Source: Raillietiella orientalis
Taxonomy: Eukaryota
Length of the DNA stretch: 64,000 nt
Assembly: GCA_036172245.1 (NCBI GenBank)
Contig: JAYWIR010000034.1
Coordinates: 248,001-312,000 of the forward strand
Direction: 5' to 3'
Under the pieces are notes generated by a model. It saw only the letters and a list, made by a program, of their open reading frames with translations, was not told the origin of the DNA and searched no databases. The position numbers and the translations under genes were made by a program. This document shows positions 26,061 through 39,549 of this stretch, one piece after another. Every line of letters begins with the position of its first letter. Position 1 is the stretch's first letter.

Positions 26061-29000
26061 CGGAAACGTAAGAACAAAGAATGTGGAAAGTTGTTTAAAA
26101 GAATGCACTGCCGCTGCTTGAATGCTGCTCATTCTTCCGCCCATGAAAACGTTGCCGGCACTGAGGGTACGGTACGGTACACGGAACTTATGACATCAAG
26201 TCCAGAGTTTCGGCCGACTGCCTGAAACCATTTTGTAGAATGCATTCTCGGCAGCTACTTTTGTAGTTCTGCGTAGAACATACTGGTACGCACTGCTGGT
26301 CCTCGAATTTTACTATTTTGATACTGACTGTATGCAAATTTGTGGTTAGAGAACACGAAGTTCAACATGTAGAATCAGCTAGCTGGTTTCTCAAATGCAA
26401 AATTAATCTCCTTCTAATCAAATGAAACTAGAACTTTTTCGTTTGCAAGGTTACCAGTTTTTCCATATTCGTTATTTCTTTCTAAACAAGGCTCAAATAT
26501 AGCATGGTATATGGCCTACATTTGAGTTCCGTGAAACACCTGCGAATGTACAGTCTTTAATAAGCAAGGCTTATAAAATCTTAACGAATTCTTTTGCAAT
26601 TCTGAGATCAGCTCGTACAGAGCTGGAACTGCCACTTTCGCCGAAGGATTTATAGGCAGTAAGATCTGATAACTCATCTGATGACAAAAAATTGATGCCA
26701 TTCTTGGACACGAATACTCCAGTTAGGAAACGAGATTCTCTTATTCAGAAGAATAAGGGGATTCTCTTGCTTATTCAGAAGAACTTGATCACTGTGAACA
26801 AATAACCTCTTTTATGAACATGAGCAGATAGTAACAAATGAGGTCTATTCTTTGTTTTGTTCGCTGTTGTGCCACGTTCGTATAAAAATGATAGTTGGGA
26901 AATGCAATTTCAAGAATGCCATCAACAGTCCAAAAGTTGATTTTGACTAATCATCACGATAATTTCTTTATGAAGACTCATTTTTCCGGTTTTTATTTCA
27001 TCTTTTTGAAACATTCCTATACTCAGTCACATTCATTGCAAAAAGTAAAAATCTTTTAGGTGACTTTTATAGCAATTGTGGTTTTTTAATCTCTAAGTTT
27101 CCTAGATTAGTCTCTTGAATTCTGAAAAGCTGCATGTTAAGGATATGAAGCTCTTCAGTACTCCACGGTATTTGAAATATCAAATTCAGATGTTGGAATT
27201 TAAGATTACGCACATTTCTTTGATATGTCTATAATCTGATATCTAATATTTCTGTCTAATATCTTTGTCATTTGTAAACCCCAATCGAAGAGGTGATGCA
27301 AATGATTTGCTTTATCTCATAATTCCCTTATTGTGTTACCATGCAAATTCTCTAGGAATATTTTCCGGGTTATTAAGCTTTTTTTAATTGTCCACAAGTG
27401 AAGTCGAATTGATTTTGATTTCTTTTCTAATTTGGACATGCCATTTTGTTCACCCATTAAGGCTTGTTGTGTTCCTCAATGCTAAGCAGTACATTATCCA
27501 AAAAAAGTTTAGCATTTTTAGATGTTAAACTTTTTTTCCATCGTTGTAATAGGCCGAAGCCTTTCACTTGTATTGGAACAAAGGATTTCCTTTAATGAAA
27601 TATCTTTTCTTAAATCGAAAAGCAGATTACCATTAGTTGGCTGCAATGGATAATCAGAGAAGCCTACTGTTTTGACAAATGTACGGAATTTGAAATAGCA
27701 TAAAAATCAAGTTATTACAGGTAGTTAATTTGATTGCACTGAATTTGCAAAATTAATGTGATTATTCAAGGTAAAATGCCGCATTTTACTTTTGCTTCAA
27801 AATGTACAGGCATACCTTACATCTCATATAAAGAAAAATAAAAAATCGCATGCTGCATTCAGTGTGTGCCTATGATAAACACGTTTTCCATTTTCGTCTT
27901 ATCTGCAATTTTGATGTTTCACCTCATACACTTTCATCGAGGATAATTCAGATGCTTTCGCAGGAGTTTTATTGAAATTTATTCCGAATTCAGCGTTACT
28001 GAGTATCAGTCATATTTTAAGAATTTCCTAATCATTGCGTTGCTTATTAGATTACAGAATTCCAGTTCGACCAAATATTATTTTGAAAATGATCATATAA
28101 AGCGCTTTTTTTCTTAGTACAGGTTTTATGGAATTTCTGGAAGATAACATTTATTTCCCGAAAGTTTTACAGCCCTGACTTATGCGCTGCATCTTTCTAA
28201 CAAAACCGTCTTTAATGCTTTTGGACACATCAAATGAGCGTGCTTTTAAGTTGTGTAGCTGTTGCTAAATTTATACTTTCACATATTTCTAATCCTATTC
28301 TTAATTTGAAGGGTATTTCATTAAAACAAATTATCTGGTATTTTTCATATTTTCATTTCATTTAAGCAAAGTCTGTATTGTATTTTCATTTAGAACCCTG
28401 TTTCTTGAAGCCTCTGATTTGCTGCAGCTATTCTATATTTCTTCCACGAGTCCTATCACATATGAACCTTTGGATTATTTTGGACAGAAATTTCCGTCTT
28501 GGAGGATCCAGTGTGCTTTACTTTATGTGGAAATGAGGAACAAGCTGAAATATCTTTCTACGAAAGATGCCTCATGAAAATACGAACCACATAAGCCTTG
28601 CAAACACACACGAGAAAATTTATTTGAAATCTGCTGGTGCTTAGAGAAAAAAGTCTATTAGTCACAGCCCAGTGTATTATCCTGGCACTTCAGCTAAGTA
28701 CGATTTATTAAAATTAAAGCTGGACAGTAGTATCCATTTGCAAATGCACAAATTTAGTGGATTTATTTTTCGTTTTCCAGTCTCCGACTATCTTTGCCTC
28801 ATGCATGTTCTTGGAAATTTCATTTGCTTTGTTTCATCTTTTATATAGTTATATATTTTGATCGAGATACTATGTTTCCCCTTTCACGATTTGCACTGTT
28901 AAGGGTTTTTAGAAACTTACAGAACCCATCGTTCGGCTAACTTTCCAGACAACGCTTTTTGTGGCAGAGGAGTGCTTGTTGATTTATTTACTTCAGAAAT

Positions 29001-29299
29001 ATTTTATTATTCTCATTCTTGGTAAGTGAAAGTCTAGGTAGAAAAAATACTCCACGCAAGACCTATGTTTTTTATTCATTTCTGCTATGAACTTTTGTAG
29101 CTGTATTGACAGGGCATTAGGACTATCTTAGTAAACTTTCGTGACGAATTAATTGAATTCTGTGAGATTTTTTCCCCTACTTATCGACAATATTCATTTT
29201 GAATCCTTTAATGAATGCTTACGATTGGTATCAATAACATTAATGATTATCGTGATTAATTTTTCTTAATTGTTTATCTAAATAACGATTTAGTTCCGC

Positions 29300-31300
29300 T
29301 TCTAAGCCTACGACTCGTGTCGCGGGAATCGCCAGTGCAAATTTGAAACTCTGTGCAAAATTTCCTGACACTCCACTTCCTTGCAATTAGAAAATAATCA
29401 TTCCTTAAATAAATGCCTAGGCATTTGTACTGAGCATTGGAGGGCAGACCTAGTCAAGTTGCATGCGAGACATGAAGGGTTCAAAAATAAGTGCGAGTCT
29501 GTACATTTTTACCATTAGTGCTAACGTTCATGGTGGAAATCATATGATAATTCAGGCACAAAAGGATAAACCAAAATGCAAATACCAGGGAATTAACCCC
29601 TAATTCATTGCTGGTGAGTCGCTCACATTTGGGGGGAATTCCCTTTACTCTGGATCTTGCAAGCAGTTTTTCTAGCACAGTTTTCTAGCATTGGCAAACC
29701 GGAGTGGGGCTTCGGAACGAGACCGTTTCATCAATCATATCCTATCTGACCCTCATTAAGTCCTGGAAAAGTTATCAGTTGAAGATAAAAGTATTCTCAA
29801 GGGATTAAGTTGCAGAATTCCAAGAACAGTTGGTCTGGAAGCCAGGATCCTCTAAAGCTTGAGTAAAACGGAGGAGTTTGTCTTGGATGAATTGCCGTCT
29901 CAGCGCTGACGGGCCATTTACAGGAATAGAGGACACCTTACGTTCTTCGGGCTCTGATGAAAATAGAAAGGCCGCGGCAGCTTGCTCAAGTGCTTACGAA
30001 GAAATTTGTCGGGGAAAGTGCTGATGGGGATAAGTCGGATCCCGAGGAATCCCGTTCCACATCCAATACTAGAAAAAGACTAGATTTCTACGGAAACAAT
30101 TGCAGCCATTCGCTTTTCGGCTGCTTCTATGACTTTGCTGATGTGCGTGATACCAGCTGTTTCATAGAAAGAGAGAAACTTTGGTTCCCTGAATCCAGAA
30201 GGCATCCCTTCATCCAAGAATCCCAAGATATGTTGAAAGAGCTTTTTAATTTCGTGCTGACCATCTTCTACCTCAAGCAGACTGCAGAGGAAAAGGTGCC
30301 ACTTATCTTAATGAGTTCTCCTAGTTTTTCTGAAGGTTTTGAAATCCAGATGGATATTCTGGTTTCGTCAGAAGGAAATTCACTTAGCAATCTCCCGACC
30401 TGCAGATCGTGTCCTGTCCAGTTGACTGTTCCATCAGATTCTTCATTCTTTTCCCCTGGTTTCATCTTTCGTCCGCCTGACACGCATGGTTTTCTCGGAG
30501 ATCACACTCAGTCCTCGTGAATTTTCAACTGGTGGTTTCGTTTCTACTACTATCTCTTACTTTTCCCATGTCCGCAAATTCTCTAGGCTTTGTCATTGCT
30601 TTTTGATCAGCTTCACCGCTTCGTCTTCCTTCTGGTTAGCAGCTCGGTTCCTCCTTCGTGAAGTTATCAGTTTCCCCAAAGTCCGAACAGCGTTTGCAGC
30701 AACAAGAGCTGGAATAACTGGAACGAGAACTGCTCAGAACGATAGGCACCATCGAGGAAATCTCGTCATAAGAAAGCATTTGGTACTTTTCTAAGGAGAC
30801 GTGGATCATGAATGACCCACGTCTCCTTAGACGTATGGAAGAGCATGAATTGAACTCGTACAGCCTCCATGTTTCGACAACACGGGTAATGTATTGAACC
30901 TATCTCAAAGCCTTGACTTCGAATCCTTTATCTAGTGAAGAGCATTGGAATTCTCCTGATCCAGACGGATTCTGGACTGTTTGACTCGCTGCCGAAACCA
31001 CTGAAGCATTAAAGGAAGTGCACCGTTTCTCATGCTTTTTGCATTCTGCTTCCAAATCACATTACTCTGAGCAAGCATCATCATCATCAGATCTACTGAA
31101 GTGGCACAAACCCTCCAAGCCTCACGATTCATTTATTACGACGGAAAATCCTTTTATTTCCAGGGATAGTACGGAGAGGAAAAAAGCTACAATGATCACA
31201 CTAGGGAAGGTGCGCAGTAGGATATGGGGAGACGATATGGAAATACGAGTTCAAGTCTCAATGCTTCCACCGATTTTGCATTCCAAATATTGTTTCATCC
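29300..31300 (-). mobile_element. Degenerate L1-like LINE
   Basis: TVNWTG and SDETR (N.RG and LQET positions) in ORF 30268..30483; SDLSP near 30030; LIP near 29800. Confidence 0.45.
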
Positions 31301-31499
31301 GTGCCATGAAGGCCAGGCAGACAGACTCCTGACACCAAGAAAGAAAGCTTCAGGACACAGTTTGTGAAAATTCTAGCTGTCTGAGAAAGAACTGCTTTTT
31401 GAAGTCAACTACTTTCACTGGATAGCGCGGATGAGAAAAATGGCTTCTTGTTGTGTTTTTTGTGTTTAGCTTCCTCTCGAGTCACCCGAAGTTTGAATT

Positions 31500-33500
31500 T
31501 CAGTATGTGCATCGCCGAAGCAGGCACTCCCAAAGTTGCAATGGATGGTGTGTAGGTAGAATGCAATGAGTATCTCAGATGCAAATGAGAGAGTGGAGAT
31601 GGTTTCATACAGAACGGGTATGGAAAAGATTTGCCTATGTTTCTATAGCTGGCTGCAAATTTCAAAAATTCACTAGGAAGTGGTTACGATTGGCGAATTT
31701 TATGAAGTCTTTAGTTTAAGACCAATGCGATCCGACAGTCAGAGTACACAGTTGGTACGCTTCCTTGCAATAGCAGTACAATTCTTTATGCTCAGGTCTC
31801 TCCTATAAAGTTTAGAGAATACTTGAGGACTTGGGGAAATAATTAGGTTAAGGACTTTAAAAAGCAACACATTTCGAGTTTGAAGAGACTGCTAGGAGCG
31901 ACAAGACAAGGAAGCAAAAGGTAGTCCCTTTGGATAGCAATAGCAGTGCTAGGCCGTGAAGGCCATTTTACACGTCAGTACAACTTTGGATTCTCCGATG
32001 GCATACGGAATTTCCAGTGTGTCCAAGATCGGCTTCCATTCATGCTTTTTCTTTTGATTTGCGGTCTTTACTATGCAAGTCCGATGCTGAGGCAGCTACG
32101 CGTCCTTATTTGGTCGGAAGTTATAATAAAAGTTCAAAGTCGATCACGGTTTTGGCCGAATCAGCGGAATTGCGCTCTCTAATTGCCCTATGTGATATGG
32201 TAAGAAAATAATCAGCTGTTTTCCGTGAGGTAACACCGAACTGTGCTGTGGGTCCATTTCTTTAAACCGAGCCAATGAAGGATGACATGATTTTACCCAG
32301 TGCTGGAGCTTTTGGGATCGTGTCCACGATGTCCTCAAGGCTTGGTTCAGAATGCGATCGTCTCTGTTCCACCATATGCTCATAGCAGTCATGAAAGAGG
32401 TAGAATACATATAGCCAGCATTATAACTAAAGAATAAAATTCCACAAGGGTTGTCTCTGCCTTTGCGTGTACGTTTTTAAGGTACAAGGAAACGCGTATT
32501 GAAATTGTATGAAATTGCATGCACATTTGCGCTTCGACACTTTTGGAGGACTGCAAAACAGTGAGGATTGATTGGAGCTACGGAAAAACACAAACACAAA
32601 AAAGGAAGAAACACAGAAAGATCATTGTCATAGAGACGAGTAAACATTTTGAGCAATTTGAGAAATTTCACACTTGAGCTGTGAAATTTGGCAGACTGAC
32701 AGAGAGCTCCTACGTTGATTTCTAGGGGTCTAAATGTAAGAAAGTCTCCGAAGATCGAACAGCTATCCATCTACGGAGCTGATGGGTAGATCTAATGCCT
32801 GACTTAGATAAATAGGTCTTCCAGATGGCATGGCTATTGGCGCTTGCAAAAGAGTTGACCAAGCGATGCGAGATGAGTGCCTTTAGGGGTTTTCAAGAAG
32901 TTGTTTCCTCATCTGGTGAGCATCTGAAGGCAGAAGCATGGCAGCGATATCCAGAATGCAACCAGTTTCTGTTTTTTTCTTTTTTTCTTCCTACTTTCCA
33001 ACATGAAAATCCTGATTGAAAAAATTCGCCCAGTAATCGCAAAATCGATTTTTCCCGACAGACTTTTGGCGACCGATTCTCAAGAACACAAAAAGCACCT
33101 GAGTGCCATGAAGGCCTGGGTTTCCCTACCTGGCACTATGACAGCTGGGTGGAACGTTGCTGCATGCTTTGCATACCCGAGCACAGTCCAGCAAGGCATA
33201 TTACCACTAATTGATGCTCCCGTCGGGTCGCTCTTTCCAGACTGCTTGAAAACTCCCTGAGCCCCGTGTTGTCAGTTACATTGTGCAAATGGATGCGTCC
33301 ATTCGAGCTATTTGTTGCTCTGGTGGCTAATGAGCATTCAAAAACATGGATTCCGGTGCTTCTGATGCTGAAGCAGATTAGTCGGAGTAACTGCATCAGG
33401 CTCACTTTACGTAACCCAAGTCCAAAGTTTCACAGCAGTATAGAAAACGCTTGGAAATTGCTCCTGGATGTATTTCGTTCTATTATTCTGAACCAAGAAG
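31500..33500. mobile_element. Highly eroded L1-like fragments, both orientations
   Basis: Plus strand GSPF, LYYAS and G..N.KS at 31920-32135; weak minus-strand RT remnants at 33000-33450. Confidence 0.3.
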
Positions 33501-33544
33501 TTCTAAACTGCGCTGCACTCTGGTACAACGAAAGTGTTCCCAGT

Positions 33545-33725
33545 TGTTCTACATGTACGTATGCTTCCCGTATCTTCGAATTAGTGCTATGTCTATACGT
33601 GTCCATTGCACAAAATTATGTGCGCGTGCATTGTGCACCTCTATTACTGTATACATAGTGCTACGTGCATGTGTATACGCATTGTATACGAGCCCACACA
33701 TGTTCATGTCTGTTAACACGTGTGT
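33545..33725. repeat. Purine-pyrimidine alternating low-complexity tract
   Basis: acatgtacgtatgc, tatgtgcgcgtgcat, tacgtgcatgtgtatacgcat, acacgtgtgt. Confidence 0.7.
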
Positions 33726-34699
33726 TCTTCAAATTTATCTCCAAGCATCCTGGGCTTGCCACTTGCAGTTCAGTGCATCCGTGGCAACCGACTTCTGCTT
33801 GCCTCGTCCTTTAGGCACCTCCACGGATCTCACAGCCTCATGAAGTTAGTATTCGCAGCACCATGACAATGTGTTGATTAAGCCCGTGCTGACCTTTCCA
33901 TTTTCTCGTGAACAACTGGAAATCCCAGGTTTCGGGGTCGAAGTTTGCTCTCGGACTGTGGTGTGAAAAGAATGGGCTAATTAAGTGAACAATAGGGAAG
34001 AAATCCGTTGTCACTCGGGATCCGTACGTCCACGATCGATAAGCGTACGTGCAATGCGCCTACGATGAGTTCATCCCGGCTCTAGTTCATCCCGAGTACG
34101 TAGACTTACTTCAACAGCATCCTGTCATTAACAGGAAAGAAGTGCCAGAAGCAAGAAGTCGCTCTGCGGGATGGATGCATGAATGACCGAAGATTCCACC
34201 TGTCACCTTGAATAGCTTTTTTTTTTTTTTCGCTTTTTCTTTTTGCTGATGCAGCCGATATCTGCTCGTGTTGCCTTCATTCTACAAGAGTTTTCAGGGA
34301 GGTGGAATCGGCTGGTCGCAGTAGCACCCCTGTCGGTGTTACCTGGGAAAGCAGAAAGCATCGCGCGTGGTCATACGAAGCGGTGGTAACTGAACGCCCC
34401 GTGATGGGCTCGAATCTTCCGCGATCGCGAAGAGTAGCATCAGCAAATGGCGAACCATTTCGTATTCGGTTCAGGATTCTCTAATCCCTTACGTCTCGAG
34501 CAAATGGCTGCGCATGGTTGCGTAAATAAAAACGAAACGAAAAGGATACTGAGGAAGCTTCAATCATGTGTTGGGAAAAGAATTTCCGCTGCATTTCATC
34601 TAATTTCTTTTCCCGTTTGATTTGGAATCCCTTTTCCGAACCTGAATTCTCAGGAGGGCGAGCGATCCCTTCCTCCCATGAATGCATTTCATTGGCTGT

Positions 34700-37450
34700 T
34701 TGGGAATCCTTACTTCCTATCAAGAGAATTGAATCAAAGAAATGCCACCCTCCTTCCTTGTGCACACGCCGTGTTTCAAAAGTGAATTTTTCCGCCTGCG
34801 AGCGCAGTGTGCAGCATAGTTTTGGGAAAGCATCTCAGAAAGCCGCCGCCGCTACTCTCTCGGGATCACTGGGCAGGGAGCAAGTTTTTTGGAGTGCGCC
34901 CACCTGGGAAAGAAATGCACGCCCCCTAGTTTCCGAGTGCGCCTTTCAGAGGGCTGCGAGATGCACCATCGTCTCACTATTGCTGAAAGCAAGCGTAGAC
35001 GGCCGTCCTGCACAGCCTCTGGACCATCCTTCGGAGCTTCGAATCTCCAGGATCGTAAAGAGCGCAGACATCTCTCTGCGCGCGACATGCGGGTACAGAT
35101 GTGCGAGGCGTCCCGTGAGGTGGTGATGCGCTCTTCGCGCGTGTCTGTCTGCCTGTACCTGGGAGATGCCCGTCTCGAGAGGGAGCGTGCGCAAAGCACA
35201 AAGTCCTTTGCTTTGTAATCCTTTTGGACCAGATGAGTCAGCCGACGGCTGAGTACAACTGCTGCCGAAGGCGGGTGCCTTCAGCAGCGGTTGACGCCTT
35301 CCCGAAGTGGGAGGCCGCTGAAAGATTCGATGGGGACCGGAACCCACACGTCCTTCAGAGGCATGCGACAAATCAACGGTCCACTCTCGGTCCTTACGAC
35401 TGCAAGCTCTGGAATGAAAGGAAGAAAAAAAAAAGCGAAAGAGTGAACTCTACTGCCTGAGCAGCTTTCATGCTGCTGCCTGGCATCTGTCCTCTGTACA
35501 GTTTCCTCATTGGCTATAACGAAAGGCGTTCGTAAGGAGGGTGCTCCGTTGTGGGGCAGTTTGCCCATGGCCCCGTGCTTGGCGCCAGCAGGTTCCGCAC
35601 GATTTTTTACTTGTTGTCCTTGAGCAAGATCCAGTTCGCCACGGACAGAGAGTAGCGGCAGTGGAACAGTCAGTCTCCCTGGAGTCGTCGGAAGGCCCAG
35701 ACATCTCTGCGAAAGAGAGCATGACGATCCGATCTCGCTCCGCACTCCCAGTGAGAGAATCAGGGATTCCGTAGGGAGTTCTTCGGGTTGACGGATTCGG
35801 TCGGTCTGTCTTGGAAAAGCGTGGGCAGATGAGGTCGAAGTGGACCATCGGAGCAACTGGCGCAGCAATCTCGCGGGAACGAGTTGAGCTCTTCCGGAAT
35901 GATGCATCTTGGCCTTGCAGACCGCTCTGACCAAAACTCACCACCGGTAACCATCGAACTCACTGCCTTCCTCGTGTCATATGGGCGTTCTTTCTGGAAT
36001 CCGCTTTGCGTGGGTGACATTCAGAGGCCCACCTTCTCTCAGCCCGCGGATAGCAGTGGACGCTAGCTAGACTCCCTATTCCTTTCAGGATCTTCTTTCT
36101 CACTGCTGCTGGCAGTTCCGCTCAGCCCGAGATGCTGACAGTCCTGCTCATCCGAGGAACATTTCCGGTGTCAGAAAGAATTCGAGCAGATGTTGCTCAG
36201 TGTTTCGCACATCTGGACTGAGGAGCCATCCGGTGCCGCTTTCCGCTCTGCTCTCTCTCATCAATCCATAGATCTTTCCTCCATTTCGTTCTCGCTTTCC
36301 CGTTACTCTAAACTCGGCTGCGGCTCTGCAGCTTTCATCAAAAGGGCCAGCCATCGTATCTTTGTCCTGAGACTGAATACTACGACCACCGGTACTCTCA
36401 CACCCGCAAGTAGCGTAAAAACTCACCCGGACCCGCAGAAAGTTGTCCCTTCCGTCTTTTTAATCCTCGCATCTGCTTCCCGCATCCTCTCCCTTCCCCA
36501 GTCTCACTCCCGAGGGCACGCGGTTCTCTCGGACGGACCGGAGGTGAAACGATGAGACGTGTTGCGGACCAGGCTCTTCACAGAAAGAGTGCGTGCTCGA
36601 ACGGGTCACCTGAAGGCAGATCGAGGATGGGAGTTGGGTTCGGAGGCACTTCAGCAGCTGTGGGATCGGGAATTACCAGGAGCCGCGCAAGCCACTGGCC
36701 TCATCTCTCGCGAAGGTTTTCGATGACCGGTTCCTGCATCTTTCCTGAAGGTTCAGATGAGTGCTTCGAAACAAAAAGAAAAAAAAAATTGGATATTCTA
36801 GAAGTGGCTGAGATCTTAGGGGGCCCCAAGAAGGAATTCGGAAGACAAATCTCAAGGTGCTCACCTCCCTCCAAGACATCTTTTTTTCTGAAGTCGTCTC
36901 TTCATCACGATGGCATGCCTACGAGGACTCCACTTTTCGTTCTCCCTTCGTAGCAATCCCAGTGCCAGCGGGAGCTCCGATATGCAGAGAGGCAGGAATA
37001 AGATAACAAATCCGTTCAGCATCTCTCTGGGGAAAGTTGCACCGTCCTCCCAACCCAAGCTTCCTGGACTGCTCTGTCCCGGATGTGCGCAGATCGGGAT
37101 TGGTAATTGAGGACCAAAGGGAATGCCAGACACTGAAGGGCGCACATGCAAGCCGGAAAGGCAAGGAAAAGAGGGATTTAATGAGTGAAAAATACTCGGG
37201 TTATCCGGAACTCTCCTCCCTCGACTGCTGCTTTTGGATTTTCTAAGGGAGATCCCTCAAGTGAAACCTAGGATGCCACGTGCATCCCACAACGTATCCA
37301 GCTGCGCTTCTGGGCTCTTCAGAAGAAATGGGTCCTTTGCCAAACGTGTGACTCTGGAGGCGAGCCTCCCACCTTTCAAACCAGATAAGTTTAGAAGTCT
37401 GAGGATTCCCATGGTTACAGGAATGTCTCCGGAATGAGCCGGAGTCGGAA
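34700..37450 (+). mobile_element. Degenerate L1-like LINE (ORF1 to zinc finger)
   Basis: IGYNERR near 35510; DFLLVVLEQ; SDQNSPPV near 35930; KLGCG..FIK and SSVKT...PSVFLIL in 36190..36555; CIPQR...LCQTCDSGGE near 37280-37355. Confidence 0.65.
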
Positions 37451-39386
37451 ACGCACAGGCATAATAGAAAACAGGGTTTCCAGGGATCCCGAGTCCAGGT
37501 TCCCACCCAAGAATAACGAAGAGAGGCAACCTCTTCTTCCCGCCTTCTCTCTTCTCCTTTCCTCCCTCCGGAGTCTCCCACCTGACTCGCCAACAGTGCT
37601 CCTCGGAAAGAACGAGTTCCAAGAGACCTTTTCGGGAGCGAGTGTCCATCGAGGCCTTCCTCCTTTCTCTCTTGCTAGAGATCGATTCCTCTCTTCATTA
37701 AGCGGTCTCCCAGAGATGCTCCCTGGCGCGCTCCTCCTGGGGAGCATATCCAATTACATACCGAAACGAAGTTCTCCTTCTCTCCCTCCTTCCTCTCCCT
37801 GATCGACGCTCCCGGAATCGATTCCTCCGGAAGCAAAGTTCTTTGGGAAACAGCAGAGCGGTTTTAGCTTGGGAATGCATCCTGCTCTCCGGAGATCCTC
37901 CCCTATCCCTTGCACTGGCAAGATTGGAGCCCCATCTTCGGGAATGGGCGCCCATGTGCCGATCCCTGACCCAGCGATCCCGAAGAGAACGGAGAGATGC
38001 CCCCTCAGAGGTAGGGAAAGCGCTCCGAAAGAGGAAGGGAGATCGCCTCCTCAAAAAAGACATTCCTCTCTCAGAATGCAGCTGTCCTCCAACAATTCAG
38101 GAGGAGGGGATCGGTTCTCGCGGTTCAGGAAGGGAAAGCAGAAGAGGGAAATAGAGGATGGTACGAAGACTGCGGAAAAACAGCAAACGCCGCCGATGTT
38201 TTTTAATTCGCCCCTCCCCTTCCTTCCCTGTGACCCCCATTCCCTTCCTGGAACTGAATTCCTGCTCCCTTGCTTGAAAAGGCTCTCTTGGCGGAGCTTT
38301 CTCGACTAGACCCCGAGTTCCTCCTCCGATAGCTACTCCCGAAGAGAGAAAGCGGCGAGATCCATCCTGGAGTGATCCCTCTTGTCGAGAGGATCTCAGC
38401 TCTTGGGATTTCTCTCTGCGGCAGAAGGTTCTGCAGACGCTGATGAAAAGAGGAGTAGGATGACAAGAAAGAGGAGGAGAAGGGGAGGAAGAGAAATGCA
38501 TCTGAAGATCTCCTGAGTCTCCTGAGGATTAAACGGCCGAGACTCAGCGACCTCCCTGGTCGGAGGTCACGGACTGCAAAGCAAAGAAGTCTCGCAGGAG
38601 GAACGTGAGGAATAGTAGAGCGAGGCTGGAACCCGCTCCCACGAGTCTCTTCCTCGGGATTGGTCGGGCCACTCCTTCCGACGGCTTCTCAAAGGAGGAC
38701 TGGGAAGCAGTCTCTCTGGATAGCGGAGCAGAGGAATCTGGGAAGAAGAGAAAGAAAGGAAGAGAAGGAAGGAAGATCTTGAGAAAAATGCGTGCCTCCT
38801 GATAGGAGGACCCTTGGCTTGACCCATCCGCAGTTGCGCCAAACCAGGGAAATTTCGCGTTCCTCTCCCAAGTTTCTCTTCCAACTCTTGGTCCCCTTCA
38901 TTCTCCACAGGAAAGATTGCCCCTCAGCAAGATGTACTTTTCAGGAGGAAAGGGCTTTCCTGCCGGCTCCCCAAGGAGAACCTTACATGTGGCACCCCGG
39001 AGCTACGACCCATTATTATAATGTAGGCATTAAAAACTATGGAGGCATTTATCGATTTTTCAAGGAGTTTCAGTTTTCTTCCTCAGCATAAACCTTCCTT
39101 ACCTTATTATACATTTATTGATATACTATACAGCTACAAAGATTATACATTTATTAATAATCTAAACGTGTAAAGTCGGAATAGCAACATGATAAAACCT
39201 TTATTAGCCCCCGTGGGACCGCTGATCCGAGTGGATTAGCAAAATCTTTTTCCCGATCTTCCCCCTGGGAGGATTAGAGTTTTTTACGATCGTCCCATTC
39301 GTAGTGGCAGTTCCACTCTCCTTTCAAAAAAAATCACTAAAAAATTTCCTTCCATCTTCCTCGTGAACTCTGATCCAGCGATGGGA

Positions 39387-39431
39387 TAAGTGATATTTGG
39401 ATCCGGTCATGCCGGATCCAAATATCACTTA
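39387..39431. repeat. Perfect hairpin, 20-bp stem and 5-nt loop
   Basis: taagtgatatttggatccgg-tcatg-ccggatccaaatatcactta. Confidence 0.98.
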
Positions 39432-39549
39432 ATACAAACCACAATTCCGAGGGGACTGAGGGAACGGAGTACAAGAGATGCTAGGAAAAAAAAGTTCACT
39501 GGGAATGGCCACCGGCACGCTGATCGGCTTCTATAGAAGTAGGGAACGA

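Noticed and set aside
29957..30520. 187-aa plus-strand ORF
   Set aside because: Antisense to APE-like motifs, with no recognisable domain.
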